DNA of 62,672 bases, filler included, from an uncultured bacterium (lineage in GTDB: Bacteria > CAZDME01 > JAYEMH01): NCBI GenBank assembly GCA_964506785.1. It is 3 parts of 3 records of this genome, joined end to end, with 100 filler letters (N's around TTAATTAATTAA, not from the genome) between each part and the next. Parts side by side here need not be neighbours in the genome. Positions count along the whole stretch, not along the records: positions 42,078 to 62,672 come from CAZDME010000021.1; 2 more parts are not named here. One strand, 5' to 3'. Below, piece by piece: positions 48,988 through 59,688 of this stretch; position 1 is the first letter of the stretch; the number at the start of each line of letters is the position of its first letter. The notes beneath the pieces are model-generated. The model was not told the origin of the DNA and searched no databases. It saw only the letters and a program-made list of their open reading frames with translations. The position numbers and the translations under genes were made by a program.

Positions 48988-49861
48988 AATAAATAGGCAC
49001 ACCCTCTCTTTTGGTAAGCTTATGAAACTCTTCAATCAATCTTAAGGTAGTTTTACCCGGTTTCCCGCTGCCGATAATATGCTCATCTATTTTTACCACC
49101 GGTATAATCTCGGCCGCTGTCCCGGTCAGAAAACATTCATCGGCGCTATACAACTCTTCTATTTTCACCTCTTTTTCGGCTGAGGCAATCTTAAATTGCC
49201 GGGCCATATCCAAAATAATCGCCCGGGTAATCCCTTCCAGCAGCCCCAAATGAACCGGTGGAGTGAGAAGTTTTCCCTGGCGAATAATAAAAATATTGTC
49301 CCCGGTACATTCCGTAACTAACCCCTGGTAATCCAGCATAATCCCTTCTATCGCATTTCTACCCATAGCTTCAATCTTCCCTAAAATGTTGTTTAAATAA
49401 TTCAATGACTTTATTCGAGGGTCAAGGGCTTTAGGATGGTTGCGCCGGGTGGCAAGGACAACAATTTTTAAACCCTGTTTGTAAAAGCTCTCTGGATAAA
49501 GGCTAATTTTATCAGCAATAATAACAACGGTGGGACGCTGGCATTTTCTGGGATCAAGCCCTAAATCTCCTTTCCCCCGGCTGACGATCAGGCGGATATA
49601 AGCATCCTTGAGTTCATTTTTCCTTAAAGTCAAAAGGACAGCTCCTTTAAGCTCCTCTTTTCTTAAGGGAATCTTAAGGGCAATTCTCTCGGCCGATTTG
49701 TAAAGCCGGTTAAGATGCCCTTCCAATCGAAAGACTTTCCCTTCATAGGAACGGATACCTTCAAAAATCCCATCGCCATAGAGAAATCCATGGTCGAAAA
49801 CAGAAATTTTAGCTTCGCTTTGCTTATAAAACTTTCCGTCTATATAAATCTGCAGTTCCAT
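48986..49861 (-). CDS. ilvE: branched-chain amino acid aminotransferase
   Basis: DHGFLYGDGIFEGIR, KSLNYL, LEGITR, FLTGTAAE. Confidence 0.95.
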   Translation of the reverse strand: MELQIYIDGKFYKQSEAKISVFDHGFLYGDGIFEGIRSYEGKVFRLEGHLNRLYKSAERIALKIPLRKEELKGAVLLTLRKNELKDAYIRLIVSRGKGDLGLDPRKCQRPTVVIIADKISLYPESFYKQGLKIVVLATRRNHPKALDPRIKSLNYLNNILGKIEAMGRNAIEGIMLDYQGLVTECTGDNIFIIRQGKLLTPPVHLGLLEGITRAIILDMARQFKIASAEKEVKIEELYSADECFLTGTAAEIIPVVKIDEHIIGSGKPGKTTLRLIEEFHKLTKREGVPIY

Positions 49862-49894
49862 GCTTTCATCCCTTCTTACCGAATACTCCCTGGT

Positions 49895-49960
49895 TTTGTC
49901 TGCCTTCTGTCTTCCGCCTTCCGTCTTCTGTTTTCTGTCTTCTGTTATCTGTCTTCTGCC
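49895..49960. repeat. 7-mer array (TCTTCTG family), overlapping the lolD stop
   Basis: gtctgcc ttctgtc ttccgcc ttccgtc ttctgtt ttctgtc ttctgtt atctgtc ttctgcc. Confidence 0.85.
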
Positions 49961-50643
49961 ATCTCTCTAAGCGCTCCATCTTTTAATCTGAGTACTCTTT
50001 CAGACTTCCGGGCTAGAGCTCCTTCATGAGTAGCCAAAATAAAGCTTTTTCTTTTTCCCTTATGCAGCTTTTTAAATAATAATTCCTCAATTATCTCCCC
50101 GCTTTGGCGGTCCAAATTGCCAGTCGGCTCATCGGCAAAAATTATCTCTGGCTCATTGATTAAAGCCCGCGCAATAGCTACCCGCTGCTGCTCCCCTCCG
50201 GATAAACAGCCGGGTTTATGACTGGCCCTTTTGGCTAAACCCATCTCTTCTAAAAGCTTCATTCCTTTCTTTCGTATTTCAAAAAAATTTCCCCTCCCTG
50301 GGCCAATTAAAGAAGGGAGCATCACATTTTCCAAAGCGCTAAATTCCGGAAGGAGATGATAAAATTGGAAAATAAACCCCATTTTGTATTTACGGAATTG
50401 ATCCCTTTTTCTTTCAGAGAGGGATATAAGAGAACCCTTTTCCCAAAAGACCTCACCGGAGGTGGGAGAATCTAAAGTGCCTAAAATGTGCAATAAAGTG
50501 CTCTTTCCTGCCCCAGAGATACCGACGATACTTAAACTTTCGCCTCTCTCCAGGGTTAGGTTAATGCCTTTAAGAACCTCTAAAACCTCAGAACCATTTC
50601 GGTAAATTTTCTTTAAACCCCGGGCGGCTAAAAGCTCACTCAT
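49945..50643 (-). CDS. lolD: lipoprotein-releasing ABC ATPase
   Basis: [33 protein letters not shown]; follows lolC/E. Confidence 0.9.
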   Translation of the reverse strand: MSELLAARGLKKIYRNGSEVLEVLKGINLTLERGESLSIVGISGAGKSTLLHILGTLDSPTSGEVFWEKGSLISLSERKRDQFRKYKMGFIFQFYHLLPEFSALENVMLPSLIGPGRGNFFEIRKKGMKLLEEMGLAKRASHKPGCLSGGEQQRVAIARALINEPEIIFADEPTGNLDRQSGEIIEELLFKKLHKGKRKSFILATHEGALARKSERVLRLKDGALREMAEDR

Positions 50644-51850
50644 AACGAATTGCCTCAATCATATTTAACCGGGAAGCCTGCCAGGCCGGATAGATTGTCG
50701 CTAATAAACTGATTAAAAAAGCCGCCCCAGCAATTCTTAAAAAATCCAAATTTTCCATTTTAACCGGTAGGTATTCGATATAATAAATATCGCCTGGCAA
50801 CTTAATAAATTGATATTTCTCAAGCAAACTAGCCAATCCATACCCCCCAAAACATCCCAAAACCGTCCCCACCAAACCGATAGTTAATCCCATCATAATA
50901 AAAATGGTCAAAATACTTCGGCGGCTGGTCCCCAGGGAACGAAGTATACCGATATCCCGGGTTTTCTCCATAGTAATCATAATTAAGGTGCTAATGATAT
51001 TGAAAGCAGCCACAATAACAATCAAGGTTAGAATAATAAACATCGCCTTTTTTTCTAGCTGCAAGGCGGAAAAAAGATTGCGGTTAGCCTCAAACCAGCT
51101 TTTGACTATATAAGGAAAGCCTAAATCTCGGCGTAAATCTTTGCTCAGGCGGCCAGCTTCATCTAAATTGTCGAGTTTTAAGGCCAGTCCGGTAATGCTG
51201 TCATCAAGCCCAAAAAGCCGCTGTGCCTCTTCCAATTCCAGATAGGCCAGATGAGAATCATAATCATACATACCCGATTTAAATATGCCTTGAAGCTTGA
51301 ATCGGCTCAACTGGGGTATGGAGCCCAGGGGTGTTAAGGTAAAACTGGGCGAGATTACGGTAAGCATCTCCCCCGCCTTGACATTTAAACTCCTCTTTAG
51401 CTCTTCCCCGATAAGAATCCATTTGCGGCTGCCTTTAGGGATTTTACCCTCTTTTATAAAACTATTTAACCCGGTAGTCTCTATTTCCTGAAAGTAATCA
51501 ACCCCTTTGACCATTACTCCCTGAATGCGGTCTCTATGACGGAGCATTGCCTGCCCGTAGATGTAAGGTGAAATAGCCCGGACATGAGGATAATTTTTCA
51601 ATCTTTCAATTAAATCCGGGTATCGATAAAGGGCCGGCTGGCCTTCGACATAAATATGGGCATTAGTCCCCAAAATTTTATTTTTTAGCTCCGAATTAAA
51701 ACCATTCATTACCGCCAGAACAACAATCAGGGCCATCACCCCAATCATCACCCCGGCCATGGAAATCAGGCTGATTAAAGAAATAAAGGCTTCTTTCCGT
51801 CTCCCCATAAGGTAACGCAAACTTATGAATAATTCAAAAGGTAAACGCAT
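50636..51850 (-). CDS. lolC: lipoprotein-releasing ABC permease LolC/E
   Basis: VLAVMNGF, VAAFNIISTL, DIGILRSLG, YPAWQAS. Confidence 0.9.
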   Translation of the reverse strand: MRLPFELFISLRYLMGRRKEAFISLISLISMAGVMIGVMALIVVLAVMNGFNSELKNKILGTNAHIYVEGQPALYRYPDLIERLKNYPHVRAISPYIYGQAMLRHRDRIQGVMVKGVDYFQEIETTGLNSFIKEGKIPKGSRKWILIGEELKRSLNVKAGEMLTVISPSFTLTPLGSIPQLSRFKLQGIFKSGMYDYDSHLAYLELEEAQRLFGLDDSITGLALKLDNLDEAGRLSKDLRRDLGFPYIVKSWFEANRNLFSALQLEKKAMFIILTLIVIVAAFNIISTLIMITMEKTRDIGILRSLGTSRRSILTIFIMMGLTIGLVGTVLGCFGGYGLASLLEKYQFIKLPGDIYYIEYLPVKMENLDFLRIAGAAFLISLLATIYPAWQASRLNMIEAIRYE

Positions 51851-51852
51851 AG

Positions 51853-51935
51853 TAGTCTTTAGCTCTTTGCTCTTAGCTTTTTTACATTACACATAACACA
51901 TCACACATTACACAATTACTATGAGCTATAAGCCC
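51853..51935. repeat. composite 7-mer element (GCTCTTA arm, ATTACAC array, TATGAGC arm)
   Basis: ttttacattacacataacacatcacacattacacaattactatgagct is nearly identical to 47234-47281. Confidence 0.85.
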
Positions 51936-51939
51936 TTTC

Positions 51940-53412
51940 CTATTTCTCCGGCCTAAGTTGAGGAAAAAGAATTACCTCTCTAATTGAATGGCAATCGGTC
52001 AGTAACATTACCAATCGGTCAATACCAATACCTAACCCGCCGGCCGGAGGCATACCGTATTCAAGCGCTTTTATAAAATCTTCGTCCAGCTTTTTCTTCC
52101 TTTGAGTATCCCTTTTAAGCTGGGAAATAAGTCTTTTTTTCTGTATCCGGGGATCGTTCAGCTCAGTATAAGCATTGGCTAATTCTTGGCCGTTAATAAA
52201 CAGCTCAAAGCGTTCGGCCGTTTCCGGCTCATCCTTCTTAGCTTTAGCTAAGGGAGTAAGTTCAATCGGGTAATCAATGACAAAAGTAGGTTGAATAAGA
52301 TAAGGCTGAACTAATTTATCGAATATAGTAACCATAATCTCTGCCTTGTTTTCTTCGCCGGCCAAATCCAAATTTAACTCTTTCGCCGCCTTTTTGGCTT
52401 TTCCAAAACTATCAATATCCCTGAAGTCTATTTTGGTTTTTTTCCTGATGGCATCCATAAAATTAACCCTTTCCCAGGGAGAGGACAGTCTAATTATTTT
52501 ACCCTCGGAGCTTAATTCCGAAGAGCCCAAGATTTTCTCTGCCAGAAGAATTATCAAAGATTCAGTCAAATCCATCATCAACTGGTAATCACCGTAAGCC
52601 GCATAAACCTCTAACATGGTAAATTCAGGATTATGACGGGTAGAAAGGCCTTCGTTGCGAAAGTTACGATTTATCTCGTAAACCTTCTCAAAACCGCCGA
52701 CTAACAACCGCTTTAAATATAATTCGGGAGCAATTCTTAAAAAAAGTTCGGTATCCAAAGCCTTATGGTAGGTAACAAAGGGCTCGGCTTTCGCTCCGCC
52801 GGGAATCGGCTGCATCATCGGTGTCTCAACTTCAAGGTAACCTTTTTTATTCAGAAATTCCCGGGTTAAGGTAATTATCTGACTCCGCCTTAAAAATATA
52901 TCTTTCACTTTGGCATTGGCAATTAAATCCACATAGCGCTCCCGGTAGCGGGCTTCAGTATCCCGTAAACCATGCCATTTTTCTGGAAGCGGCCTTAAAG
53001 CCTTAGCCAAAACCGTTAATTTTTCAACTTTAACGGTTAACTCCCCCGTCCGGGTTTTAAACAAAGTCCCCTTCACTCCGATTATATCCCCCCGGTCAAT
53101 GAGCCGGGAAATTTCAAACTCTACTTCTCCCAGAATATCTAATTTTAAATAGAGTTGAATCTTGCCGCTATCATCATGTAAATCAGCAAATACCGCTTTC
53201 CCATGCCCCCGCATTAACATTACCCGTCCGGCAATTTGCACCGGGGTTTTCTCCAACTCTTCACCCAAAGAAGCGAATTTCTCTCTTAATTCCCTAATGG
53301 AGTGCGTCCGCAGAAAAGACTGCCCGTAGGGAGCAATACCCCTGGCTTCTAAAACCTCAAGGTTCTTAAGCCGCTCTTCAACTTGAGCTTGCGGTTTGTC
53401 CTTCTCACCCAT
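51940..53412 (-). CDS. lysS: lysyl-tRNA synthetase (class II)
   Basis: LPEKWHGL, RIAPELYLKRL, FRNEG, GMPPAGGLGIGIDR. Confidence 0.97.
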   Translation of the reverse strand: MGEKDKPQAQVEERLKNLEVLEARGIAPYGQSFLRTHSIRELREKFASLGEELEKTPVQIAGRVMLMRGHGKAVFADLHDDSGKIQLYLKLDILGEVEFEISRLIDRGDIIGVKGTLFKTRTGELTVKVEKLTVLAKALRPLPEKWHGLRDTEARYRERYVDLIANAKVKDIFLRRSQIITLTREFLNKKGYLEVETPMMQPIPGGAKAEPFVTYHKALDTELFLRIAPELYLKRLLVGGFEKVYEINRNFRNEGLSTRHNPEFTMLEVYAAYGDYQLMMDLTESLIILLAEKILGSSELSSEGKIIRLSSPWERVNFMDAIRKKTKIDFRDIDSFGKAKKAAKELNLDLAGEENKAEIMVTIFDKLVQPYLIQPTFVIDYPIELTPLAKAKKDEPETAERFELFINGQELANAYTELNDPRIQKKRLISQLKRDTQRKKKLDEDFIKALEYGMPPAGGLGIGIDRLVMLLTDCHSIREVILFPQLRPEK

Positions 53413-53443
53413 ATTACCTCGCTTTTTATTACATTAAGCAGCT

Positions 53444-53472
53444 ATTTTATTATAAAGAGAATCCTCTGTCAA
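53444..53472 (-). promoter_or_regulatory. sigma70 promoter upstream of lysS
   Basis: TTGACA-17 nt-TAAAAT on the minus strand. Confidence 0.65.
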
Positions 53473-53507
53473 GTGCTGTTTGGCCAATTGAATTAGTCTT
53501 TACCAAC

Positions 53508-54603
53508 CTACCTTTTCCTTTTTAAAGCGGCAAAAATAAAAGAATCTATCTCACCATCCATAACCGCCTGGACATTCCCTTTTTCCAGTTTAGTGCGGTG
53601 GTCTTTCACTAAAGAGTAGGGGTGGAAAATATAGGAACGAATTTGGCTGCCCCAGGCAATTTCTTTTTTCTCATCCCAATCTTCCTCTAATTTTTTTAAT
53701 TTCTCTTTTTTATATTGTTCGTAAAGCCGGGATTTAAGAACCTTTAAAGCCGTCTGTCTATTTTTGTATTGTGACCGCTCGCTCTGACACTGCACCACTA
53801 TCCCGGAAGGCAAATGAGTAATTCTTACCGCCGAATCGGTCACATTAACATGCTGTCCGCCCGGGCCGCTGGCTCGATAAGTATCGATTTTCAAATCGTT
53901 CGCTTTTATATCTACCTCTATATCTTCTTCGATTTCCGGGATAATATCCACTGAAGCAAACGAAGTATGTCTCCTCCGGTTGGCATCGAAAGGAGAGATT
54001 CTTACCAGCCGGTGGACACCAATTTCATTTTTAAGATAACCAAAGGCATAATCTCCCGAAATAATCGCCGTCATACTTTTTACCCCGGCTTCTTCTCCGG
54101 GCAAAAAATCGACTACCTCCAGGGAATATCCTTTTTTTTCTGCCCAGCGGGTATACATTCTGAGAAGCATCGCCGCCCAATCGCAGGCTTCAGTTCCTCC
54201 GGCTCCGGCATGGATACTAATAATTGCCGGTCTTATGTCATTTCGGCCGCTTAAGAAAACCTTAAACTCCAAACTCTCTATATCTTGGATTAACTCTGTA
54301 GCGTCTTTAACTAAATCTTCAACTAAATCTTTGTCTTTTCCTTCGCTTATAGCCGCCAATTCCTTTAAATCATCAAAACGGTGGACGATATTTAAAAAAG
54401 GCTCAATCTGCCGTCTGAGCAAATTTAATTCCTGGATACTCCTTTTCGCCTGGAGTGGGTCCTGCCAGAAATCAGGACTTTGAACCAGCTTATTAAGTCC
54501 GCCTAACCTTTCTTTCTTCTGCTGCAGGTCAAAGATACCCCCGGAGTTCAATTAATTTTTTATCTAATTCCTTAATAATTGTTTCTAACGGCTCTTTCAC
54601 CAT
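53508..54603 (-). CDS. prfB: peptide chain release factor 2 (programmed +1 frameshift)
   Basis: ATG 54603 MVKEPL...LRGYL, then CTT-TGA-C; the main frame has SPF and GGQ motifs. Confidence 0.96.
54528..54543 (-). promoter_or_regulatory. RF2 autoregulatory +1 frameshift site
   Basis: CGGGGG-TAT-CTT-TGA-C: internal SD-like run plus the canonical slippery site. Confidence 0.93.
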
Positions 54604-54614
54604 CGCCTCCCTAA

Positions 54615-54691
54615 ATGGTTCGTGGTTCATAGCTCTTCGCTCATAGTTTTTTTGCTGTTATCTTTTTACCATGAGACACTAGCTATGAGCC
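54615..54691. repeat. inverted 7-mer arms (GCTCATA/TATGAGC family)
   Basis: tggttcg tggttca tagctct tcgctca tagtt / ccatgag acactag ctatgag; homologous to 47152-47232. Confidence 0.8.
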
Positions 54692-54712
54692 AAAATTTTT
54701 ATCCCTTTGTAT

Positions 54713-56242
54713 CTACCCTCTTATGATTACACTTATCGCTATTAATCCCCCGCTGCCTAATAAATTCAGCCAGGCAAACCAATCACCAAAACGGGTATAA
54801 AAAGTCAATTTATCTATCAGGCCGGCTTCCTGGATTAGGAATCCTCTCACCCAGAGCGGATTACCCTTATTATCGGCCACTTCTCCTAAAATTTCTCCCT
54901 GGGGGCTGATAAAGGCGGAAATTCCCGTATTGGCGCAACAAATTAGATAACGACGATTCTCTATGGCCCTAAAAACACCCATAGCCATATGCTGGAAAGG
55001 AGCGCTGCTTTTCCCGAACCAGGCATCGTTAGTAATGTTAATTAAAAATTCTGAGCCTTTTTTTGTAAATTGGCGGACTAAATCGGGAAAGATATCTTCA
55101 AAACAAATAAGAACATTAAATTTCCCCTGGGGTATTTCAAAAATTATCTTTTCTTTTCCCGGGGTATAATCACCCACTTCCTGAAAAACCCTATCAAAAA
55201 AATGTAGGAAATATTTTTTTTTAGGGACATATTCGCCAAAAGGGACCAAATGAAGTTTATCATACCTGGCTTTGAGCTCTCCTTCGGGTGAAATTAAAAA
55301 AGCACTATTAAAATATTCTCCCCTTTCTTCGAAATAATAGGGCGAACCAACCAAGAGGAAACCGGCGCTTGTTTCCGCCAGAAAACTTAAGGTGTTGCGC
55401 CATTCCAAATCCTGCGGCAGAGAAACGGTTACCGCTGTCTCCGGCCAAATAATTAAATCCGGACGATTAAAAGCCGCTTCTTCGGTAAGAACCTGATAAA
55501 TCTCTCGATTATAATTTTCATATTCGTCCAGCCATTTTATATTTTGCGAAATATTTCCTTGGATAACGGCAATCTTTAGAGTTTCCCGGGCTTCATATCC
55601 TTTGAAAATTTTCTTTCCATATCCGAAACAAATAAAAAATAGAACGGCCACAATTAAAGGGCCAATCCATTTATTTTTTAGCCCGCCTCTTTTTAATGAT
55701 CCGCCGCCTGCCACCCAGGAAGGGGTTACCTGAACGAAAATTTCCGCCAGGGCAGCATTGACAGCCACAATTAAGAAAGAAAGGCCGTAGACCCCGGTAA
55801 ATTCCGCTATCTGAATCAGGCCTAAATTAAGATACTGGCTGTTGCCCAAAGGCAGCCAGGGGAAACCGGTCAGGAAAGAACCCCTTAACCATTCCAGGCC
55901 CACCCAGAGAACCGGACTGATAAAAGTTAAAGAAAAATTTGTTTTCTTCTGAATGAATTTTATCCCGGCTCCCCAGAGAAAAAAATAAATTGCCAGATAG
56001 AAAGCTAAAAGGGCCAACCCGACGGTAGTAACCAATCTCAGCCAGAAAAGAACAGCCAGCCAGAACACAAATCCTAAAAAAAAAGAAAACCGGCCTGACT
56101 CTGCAGGCGATTTTCCTTCTATCGCCAAAAAGAAGGGAACTAAAGCCACCCAGGCTAAGGGTTCCAAATCAAACCGGGGAAACGATAAAACCAATAGAAC
56201 CGCACTGATTAAAATTAAAAAATAATCTTTTTTCCTCATCAA
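54713..56242 (-). CDS. lnt: apolipoprotein N-acyltransferase
   Basis: FPWLPLG, IQGNI, WPET, KLHLVPFGEYVP, LICFE, ITNDAW, NTGIS. Confidence 0.95.
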   Translation of the reverse strand: MMRKKDYFLILISAVLLVLSFPRFDLEPLAWVALVPFFLAIEGKSPAESGRFSFFLGFVFWLAVLFWLRLVTTVGLALLAFYLAIYFFLWGAGIKFIQKKTNFSLTFISPVLWVGLEWLRGSFLTGFPWLPLGNSQYLNLGLIQIAEFTGVYGLSFLIVAVNAALAEIFVQVTPSWVAGGGSLKRGGLKNKWIGPLIVAVLFFICFGYGKKIFKGYEARETLKIAVIQGNISQNIKWLDEYENYNREIYQVLTEEAAFNRPDLIIWPETAVTVSLPQDLEWRNTLSFLAETSAGFLLVGSPYYFEERGEYFNSAFLISPEGELKARYDKLHLVPFGEYVPKKKYFLHFFDRVFQEVGDYTPGKEKIIFEIPQGKFNVLICFEDIFPDLVRQFTKKGSEFLINITNDAWFGKSSAPFQHMAMGVFRAIENRRYLICCANTGISAFISPQGEILGEVADNKGNPLWVRGFLIQEAGLIDKLTFYTRFGDWFAWLNLLGSGGLIAISVIIRG

Positions 56243-56278
56243 CTCTTTCTTTATTTTTTCCCCGTTACCCGCCCATTT

Positions 56279-59074
56279 TTATTTCCCGCAGCACCTTTTA
56301 TATTTCTTGCCGCTGCCGCACGGACAAGGGTCATTACGGCCAATCTTTTTCCCCTCCCGTTCAAAAGGTTTGCTGGCCGGCCTGGTTTCTTTTTTATCTT
56401 CAGAGACCTCTGTTCTTTCGCCCGGGCCTGGTGAAGATTCCCTAAATGAAGAGTATTCGTCATGAATCATGGTTGCCGCCGGCCTAACCGGACGAGCCCT
56501 TTCCGGCCGGGCGGCTACTTCAATTTTATAGAGGTACTCCAGAGCATCAAATTTAATCCTTTCAATCATTTCCTGAAACATAGAATGAGCTTCTTTTTGA
56601 TATTCAATTAATGGGTCGCGTTGCCCGTAAGCCCTCAGACCAATCCCCTCACGCAAATTATCCATCGCATAGAGATGGTCTTTCCATTGGTTATCAACCG
56701 TTTGCAAAAGCACCATTCTCTCTAAATGGCGCATAAATGCTTCGCTTAGCCTCTTTTCCTTCTGCTGATAATACTCCTTGAGTTTCCCTAAAATTTTTTC
56801 TTTCATCTCATCCCGGGTAATAGTTTCCAGGTCTACTCCATTACGCCCCGTTATAAAATCTCCTTTGAGATGAACTCCACCGCTGATTTTGCCGGCAGCT
56901 TTATCTAAAGGGCTAAAATCGAACTCCACCCCGAAAAGATTTTTTAGCTTTTCCTCCAAACCTTCGAGATTCCACTCCTCCGGATGGACCTTTTCTCCCA
57001 GATACAAATCTGTCAATGAATCAAGGGAATCACTAACCATCTCTTCCATATATTCCTTTAAATTTTTCCCTTCAAGGATCATTTGGCGCTGGCTGTAGAT
57101 TATCTCTCTTTGTTTATTCATTACGTTGTCGTATTCTAAGATATGTTTTCTAATCTCGAAATTCTGTCCCTCTACCCGTCGCTGTGCAGTTTCAATTGCC
57201 CGGGTAACCAAGGGATGGGTAATCGGCTGGTCCTCTTCCATCCCCAGCCTGTCCATAATCAAAGAAAGGCGGTCTGAACCAAAGATACGCAGGAGATTAT
57301 CTTCCAGTGAAAGATAAAAACAGGATGACCCGGGATCTCCCTGTCGCCCGGCTCGGCCGCGCAGCTGGTTATCAATACGGCGAGCCTCGTGCCTTTCGGT
57401 GCCGATAATATGCAGCCCGCCTATATTAGCCACTCCTTCTCCTAAAACAATATCTGTTCCCCTCCCGGCCATATTAGTAGCAATTGTTATCCCTCCCCGT
57501 TGTCCGGCTAAAGCGACAATTTCCGCTTCTTTCTCATGATATTTAGCGTTAAGAACACTGTGGTCAAGCAATCCCCTCTGTTTTAAAAGACCGCTCAAGC
57601 GTTCTGATGTATCGATAGAAATCGTACCGATTAAAACCGGACGCCCTTTTTTATGCATCTCCTCTATTTCATTTATGACCGCCTGGAATTTCTCTTTCTC
57701 CGTTTTATAAATCATATCCGGGTGGCTATGCCGAATCAAAGGTTTATTGGTAGGAATGACTACCACGTCTAAATTATATATTCCCGCAAATTCTTTGGCT
57801 TCGGTTTCGGCTGTACCCGTCATTCCGGCCAGCTTCTCATAAAGGCGAAAATAATTTTGGAAGGTAATTGTGGCCAGGGTCTGATTTTCCCTCTCAATCT
57901 TCACCCCTTCTTTTGCTTCCAGAGCCTGATGTAAACCATCGCTATAACGCCGTCCCGGCATTAATCTGCCGGTGAATTCATCGACGATTAAAACCTTTCC
58001 GTCTTTAACCATATAGTCAACATCCCGGTTAAAATTGCAGCGGGCCTTAAGCATCTGTTCGGCATGATGTTTATATTCCATCGTTTCAATAGTGTGAAGG
58101 TCTTTTAAGCCTAGCGCCTCGGCAACCTTCATTTCTCCCTCTTCGGTAAGGTAGGTAGTGTTCGCTTTCTCGTCGATAATATAATCGCCGGTCTCTTTCT
58201 TGGTTTCTTCATCACGGCTTCCTTTTTTAAGCCGGGGAAAAATCCGGTTCAATTTATAGTATTTATCCGTCGATTCCTCTGCCGGTCCAGAAATAATTAA
58301 AGGGGTACGGGCTTCATCAATCAGGATGCTATCCACTTCGTCGACGATAGCATAATGAAGGGGGCCCTGGACACAATCTTCCTTACGCACCGCCATATTA
58401 TCCCTGAGATAATCAAACCCAAACTCGTTATTTGTGCCATAGGTGATATCACAATGATAGGCTTGTTTTCTTTCCTCAGGAAGCATATCATGCTGAATTA
58501 CCCCCACGGTCAGGCCTAAAAATTCATAGATTGGCCCCATCCAATCGCAATCCCGGCGGGCTAAATAATCGTTTACGGTAACTAAATGAGCCCCTTTACC
58601 AAGCAGGGCATTGAGGTATAAAGGCAAGGTAGCCACCAAAGTTTTCCCTTCCCCGGTAGCCATTTCGGCGATTTTCCCCTGATGAAGAACAATTCCGCCT
58701 AAAAGCTGAACATCAAAATGACGCATATTGATTGCTCTTCGGCTGGCCTCCCTGACTACAGCAAAAGCCTCTATTAAAACATCTTCGAAAATTTTATTCC
58801 GGGCTAATTTCAATTTCTCTTTGAGCCTTATTTTTTCTTCGGGGGTAATAACCTCTCTAAGCCTTGCCTCAATTTCTTTGATTTCTTCTTCGAACTCCTG
58901 ATTTTTCTTCTGCACCTGGTCCCGGAAAAAATCTGTCTTGGAACGAAGTTTTTCATCGCTCAGGCGGGAAATCTCCGGCTCCAGGGCATTAATGGCTAAA
59001 ACCTTAGGCAGAAGTTGTTTAATATCCCGTTCGCTTTTACTCCCAAAGACTTTAGATAAAATATGGTTTAACAT
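56279..59074 (-). CDS. secA: preprotein translocase ATPase SecA
   Basis: [33 protein letters not shown]-terminal SEC-C ([13 protein letters not shown]). Confidence 0.98.
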   Translation of the reverse strand: MLNHILSKVFGSKSERDIKQLLPKVLAINALEPEISRLSDEKLRSKTDFFRDQVQKKNQEFEEEIKEIEARLREVITPEEKIRLKEKLKLARNKIFEDVLIEAFAVVREASRRAINMRHFDVQLLGGIVLHQGKIAEMATGEGKTLVATLPLYLNALLGKGAHLVTVNDYLARRDCDWMGPIYEFLGLTVGVIQHDMLPEERKQAYHCDITYGTNNEFGFDYLRDNMAVRKEDCVQGPLHYAIVDEVDSILIDEARTPLIISGPAEESTDKYYKLNRIFPRLKKGSRDEETKKETGDYIIDEKANTTYLTEEGEMKVAEALGLKDLHTIETMEYKHHAEQMLKARCNFNRDVDYMVKDGKVLIVDEFTGRLMPGRRYSDGLHQALEAKEGVKIERENQTLATITFQNYFRLYEKLAGMTGTAETEAKEFAGIYNLDVVVIPTNKPLIRHSHPDMIYKTEKEKFQAVINEIEEMHKKGRPVLIGTISIDTSERLSGLLKQRGLLDHSVLNAKYHEKEAEIVALAGQRGGITIATNMAGRGTDIVLGEGVANIGGLHIIGTERHEARRIDNQLRGRAGRQGDPGSSCFYLSLEDNLLRIFGSDRLSLIMDRLGMEEDQPITHPLVTRAIETAQRRVEGQNFEIRKHILEYDNVMNKQREIIYSQRQMILEGKNLKEYMEEMVSDSLDSLTDLYLGEKVHPEEWNLEGLEEKLKNLFGVEFDFSPLDKAAGKISGGVHLKGDFITGRNGVDLETITRDEMKEKILGKLKEYYQQKEKRLSEAFMRHLERMVLLQTVDNQWKDHLYAMDNLREGIGLRAYGQRDPLIEYQKEAHSMFQEMIERIKFDALEYLYKIEVAARPERARPVRPAATMIHDEYSSFRESSPGPGERTEVSEDKKETRPASKPFEREGKKIGRNDPCPCGSGKKYKRCCGK
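56834..56914. repeat. degenerate palindromic element in frame in secA
   Basis: TACTCCATTAC-GCCCCGTTATAAAA ... TTATCTAAAGGGCT; reads SPLDK...FITGRNGV. Confidence 0.5.
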
Positions 59075-59358
59075 TTTTTCTTTTTTCTCTCTTTTTTCAG
59101 CAATTGTTCTTTTTTCCTTAGCCCTAGGGAAAAACCTCCTAAACTGCCGTCACTGCGAATAACCCGATGGCAGGGAATAATTCCGGGATAAGGATTCCTT
59201 TTTAAGGCCTGGCCGACTGCCCGGGCCGCTTCGGGACGGCTTACCATTTTTGCCACCCAGGCATAACTGCGAGTCTCCCCTTCAGGAATAGTTTTGACCA
59301 TATGCCAAACCGCCCGCTGAAAATCGGTATACCGGGATAAATCTACATTCCTCTTCAT
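59068..59358 (-). CDS. O6-alkylguanine-DNA alkyltransferase (C-terminal domain only)
   Basis: [19 protein letters not shown] active site. Confidence 0.9.
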   Translation of the reverse strand: MKRNVDLSRYTDFQRAVWHMVKTIPEGETRSYAWVAKMVSRPEAARAVGQALKRNPYPGIIPCHRVIRSDGSLGGFSLGLRKKEQLLKKERKKKKC

Positions 59359-59403
59359 ATAGCGTAATGAAATTTCCCCCTAAAAACTCGGATAATCTTT
59401 AAT

Positions 59404-59688
59404 CTAACGAGGACAAACACAGGGTATTGCCCCGCATTTAGGACAGCCTTTTTCATAAATCTTTAAGGCCTTTTCCAAATTGATACCCATAAGGTTAGCC
59501 AGGCTGGTCAACCAGGCTAAACAATCGGCCATCTCCATTTGCTTCCCGGTAAAATCCCCTTTTCTTATCTCCTCAGCTAATTCGCCTAATTCCTCCATTA
59601 ACCATAAAAAAGTCCGGCTTACCCCTCTTCGGTTATCCTTGTCAAAATAAATCTTATGCATCAAATCCTGAAAAGCGCTTATCTCCAT
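59404..59688 (-). CDS. MazG-like NTP pyrophosphohydrolase with C-terminal Cys cluster
   Basis: EELGELAE...EMAD; CPKC..PCVC. Confidence 0.85.
   Translation of the reverse strand: MEISAFQDLMHKIYFDKDNRRGVSRTFLWLMEELGELAEEIRKGDFTGKQMEMADCLAWLTSLANLMGINLEKALKIYEKGCPKCGAIPCVCPR

Noticed and set aside
47152-54691. Repeated intergenic motifs as a possible CRISPR array
   Set aside because: There is no constant 23-47 nt repeat with unique spacers, and no cas genes.
55680-55735. Gly-rich loop in Lnt (VTPSWVAGGGSLKRGG) as another repeat insertion
   Set aside because: No clear inverted termini, and this loop is naturally variable.
845-59162. Numerous short ORFs antisense to or nested in identified genes (e.g. 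13501..14004, 16105..16560, 49715..50029)
   Set aside because: Shadow ORFs with no recognisable motifs; 49715..50029 partly translates the 7-mer repeat.
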